From the NCBI GenBank assembly GCA_963745235.1, contig CAVUXE010000071.1:1-18494 (forward strand): 18,494 nucleotides of DNA, in the 5' to 3' direction. This DNA comes from an uncultured Spirochaetota bacterium. Its GTDB lineage: Bacteria > Spirochaetota > Spirochaetia > SZUA-6 > Fen-1364. Numbering within the stretch: position 1 is the stretch's first letter; every line of letters begins with the position of its first letter. A model generated the notes under the pieces. The model had not been told where the DNA came from. It saw only the letters and a list, made by a program, of their open reading frames with translations, and made no database searches. This document shows, in pieces, positions 15,961-18,494 of this stretch. Position numbers and translations under genes: made by a program.

Positions 15961-18201
15961 TCAACTCTGATCACCCTCCGCGACTAGCGCTAGTTGCGGC
16001 TTCCCGTTCCCAGTGGCACCAGTCGAGTGCTTGCGGGCCGCCCGGGTTGGCGCGCTGTCTTCCGCGGAGCCTCCATCTTCAATCTTGAACTGCGCCATCA
16101 ACTGTTGCAACTCCTGCGCCATACTCGCAAGCTGCTCAGTGGCCGAAGACATCTCCTCCGCCGCCGAGGCTGCGCTCTGGGTCACCTCATTCACATCTTC
16201 CACCGCCTTGGATACCTGCTTCGCGTTGGTCGTCTGTTCCTCTGTCGCCGCCGATATGCTTTGGCTCATCTCACTCACGTTGCCCAGGGCCTTCGACAGC
16301 TCCTTCACCGCCTCCACTTGCTGCGTCATGGAGACCGACAACCCGGCGATCATGTCCTTCACCGTTTGCGAAGCCGTGCGTATCTGCTCCATCGCCGCTT
16401 GCGACCCCTTCGCGGTTTCCACCCCCTTTGTCACATTCTTGACGCTCTCCTTGATCAGACTCTCAATTTCCTTTGTCGAGGTTGAGCTGCGATCGGCCAG
16501 CTTGCTCACCTCATCGGCTACTACTGCAAATCCCCGTCCATGCTCCCCCGCACGGGCCGCCTCGATGGAGGCGTTGAGCGCCAAGAGGTTCGTTTGGTCT
16601 GCAATGTCGGAGATCACCGTAACGATCCCCCCGATTCTCTCCGAGCTTCCCGCGATCAGGTTAATCCCTTCCATGACCTCAGAAACAGCCTTCGCCCCTT
16701 GAAGCGCGTTGTCCACAGACTTGCCCGCAAGTCCCGCTATCTCAGAAAGGTTTTTCGACACGTCCTCTATGGATTTATGCACCTGCGCCATGGAGGCAGT
16801 GCCTTGTTCCGCCGCCGCAGCCTGGTTCTGCGCATGTTCGGCCACTTGGTCCACCGACGAGGTCAGCTCTTCCACTGATGCGCTCGTTTCCTCCAGACTG
16901 GACGCTTGGCTCTGAGCTCCCTCAGCCAGCCTCTGCGCGTTGGCGGTGATCTGTTCGCTGGAGGAGGCTACCTGCTCGGCGCTGTCTTGGATTGTGCCTA
17001 CCATGCCTTTCAGCTTCACCGACATCCCATTCAGGGCCTCAGCGAGCCTGCCGATCTCGTCCTTCTGGTGAATGGGAAGCTGCTGGGTGAAGTCTCCGGA
17101 TGCCACCAATTCCGCGAATGCTACTCCCTTCGCCAACGGCTCCGTGATGGTGCGGGAAAAAAGAAGGAAAACGATGAAAGCGACGATGAGGGCCACTATG
17201 GCAACAAGCAGCGTTACGTTCCTCGCCTCATTCACCGGGGCCAGGTACTCGGAGTCGGGAAGGGCGAGACCGACGCTCCACCCGGTGGTTTTCACTGGCG
17301 CGAATCCTTCTGTCTTGGGCACACCTTGGAAGACGTAATTCATAACACCGCTTTTCCCCGCCATCATGGCCTTTGCAAGCTCGGTCATCCCGGTCATGTT
17401 GGCGATGTTTAGCGTGAAAACGTTTTCCGCCTTCGGATGTGCCAAGACAAGTCCAGTATTATCGACGACCACTGTGTAACCCGTTTTTCCGATCTTTTCA
17501 CTTGCGGCGAGATCGTTGAGGAAACTGATGTCGACAAGGGTAGCAACCACACCCACAATTTTGTCTCCCGCGCGAATGGGCGCCGCAAATGGTGTGAACG
17601 GCTTTTTTGTCACTTTGTTCAGGCCCGCCGCGCCGGCGTTCACCGCGCCGGCAAGAGCATCCTTGAAATACTGGCGGTCACTCGTGTCGACTCCGATGAA
17701 CCTATGGTCTGAAGCGGCAAAACTGAAGCCGTCAAGCCCGAGGACCACAACTCCCTGATACCCGTCCCCGAGCCCCTTTGTCTGCACGAATCGTTCCAGC
17801 TTCGCATTCACTCGGTTCACAAGTTCCGCAGTCCCGGCGGGAGCAGTATTAGTAGAAGCTGGTACAGTCTTGCCCGCACCAATCTTGCTTGCTGACGGCA
17901 TTTTCGGAGCCGACGCCGACGTCTCCGCAATCACAGTTGCTTTTCCGTCGGCCACTGCGTTGGCGGCAGCCACGATGTCCGGATCGATGGAGAAGTTCAA
18001 GGCGATCTTCTTCTCCTCATCGAAAACTCTGTCGATCATTTGGGCGATGTCCATCGACCGTCCGGCGAGCTGTTCGTTCTCCATCGCCGTAAGCCCCTTC
18101 GTGGACTTGTTAATGGCGACCAGTGCCACGATGAGGAGGGGAAGCACCATGATGAGCGTCCCTACCCCAATGAGCTTCACCCCAAGCTTCAAGTTCTTCA
18201 T
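15961..18201 (-). CDS. methyl-accepting chemotaxis protein (TM-dCache-TM-HAMP-signalling domain)
   Basis: Start probably at the ATG at 18201 (AAGGAG RBS). Two TM helices, Cache motifs ([30 protein letters not shown]), HAMP ([12 protein letters not shown]) and the hairpin tip [37 protein letters not shown]. Confidence 0.96.
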   Translation of the reverse strand: MKNLKLGVKLIGVGTLIMVLPLLIVALVAINKSTKGLTAMENEQLAGRSMDIAQMIDRVFDEEKKIALNFSIDPDIVAAANAVADGKATVIAETSASAPKMPSASKIGAGKTVPASTNTAPAGTAELVNRVNAKLERFVQTKGLGDGYQGVVVLGLDGFSFAASDHRFIGVDTSDRQYFKDALAGAVNAGAAGLNKVTKKPFTPFAAPIRAGDKIVGVVATLVDISFLNDLAASEKIGKTGYTVVVDNTGLVLAHPKAENVFTLNIANMTGMTELAKAMMAGKSGVMNYVFQGVPKTEGFAPVKTTGWSVGLALPDSEYLAPVNEARNVTLLVAIVALIVAFIVFLLFSRTITEPLAKGVAFAELVASGDFTQQLPIHQKDEIGRLAEALNGMSVKLKGMVGTIQDSAEQVASSSEQITANAQRLAEGAQSQASSLEETSASVEELTSSVDQVAEHAQNQAAAAEQGTASMAQVHKSIEDVSKNLSEIAGLAGKSVDNALQGAKAVSEVMEGINLIAGSSERIGGIVTVISDIADQTNLLALNASIEAARAGEHGRGFAVVADEVSKLADRSSTSTKEIESLIKESVKNVTKGVETAKGSQAAMEQIRTASQTVKDMIAGLSVSMTQQVEAVKELSKALGNVSEMSQSISAATEEQTTNAKQVSKAVEDVNEVTQSAASAAEEMSSATEQLASMAQELQQLMAQFKIEDGGSAEDSAPTRAARKHSTGATGNGKPQLALVAEGDQS

Positions 18202-18218
18202 CTTCAATCTCCTTTCCT

Positions 18219-18494
18219 TCATGCCCTGCTCAAGGCAGGTGCTTTGTCCACAGCGTTAAGGCTGCCAGCGATCTGGCTCATTTCCTCGGAGCTGAGAATT
18301 GTGTCCACGTCGATCATGATGATCAGCCTGTCACCTGTTTTTCCGACCGCGGTAATAAAATCCCGTGACCCCTTACCCATTAGGACGGGGGGTGGGTCGA
18401 ACTGGTCAGAAGGCACACGAACCACTTGGCTGGCGGAATCCACTACCATACCAACTGGCCGGCCCGCCACCTCCACCACGATCACTCGTGTCAT
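18219..18494 (-). CDS. cheW: chemotaxis coupling protein CheW, 3' part (5' end outside the window)
   Basis: [48 protein letters not shown] is a CheW C-terminal half, directly upstream of an MCP. Confidence 0.9.
   Translation of the reverse strand: MTRVIVVEVAGRPVGMVVDSASQVVRVPSDQFDPPPVLMGKGSRDFITAVGKTGDRLIIMIDVDTILSSEEMSQIAGSLNAVDKAPALSRA

Noticed and set aside
1-18494. CRISPR array, tRNA or rRNA genes
   Set aside because: No regularly spaced direct repeats, cloverleaf structures or rRNA-like sequence were seen by eye.

Overview
The left ~10.7 kb looks like a decaying mobilisable or integrative element. It carries an ArdC-like antirestriction gene, small hypothetical genes, a MobA/MobL (MOBQ) relaxase, a Nuc-like PLD nuclease and a tyrosine recombinase. 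The relaxase is split by a nested insertion that can be resolved to the base. An IS1182-family element inserted into a CTAG (duplicated at 2861-2864 and 5821-5824). An IS110-family element then inserted at a CT core inside the right terminal inverted repeat of that IS1182. The IS110 has 10-bp sub-terminal inverted repeats, a TTGACG-N17-TATGAT promoter that forms only at the circle junction, and a ~290-nt non-coding end. On the minus strand this end can fold into a bridge-RNA-like structure whose internal loops match both the IS1182-end target and the element's own junction. The reconstructed relaxase ORF is intact but lacks its catalytic Tyr25 and one metal-binding His. The right part holds three tandem PAS/LuxR-type regulators with identical recognition helices, a small secreted protein, an exported thioredoxin-like protein, and a cheW-mcp chemotaxis pair running off the window. 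All calls come from motif recognition and manual alignment or folding; no database searches were run.
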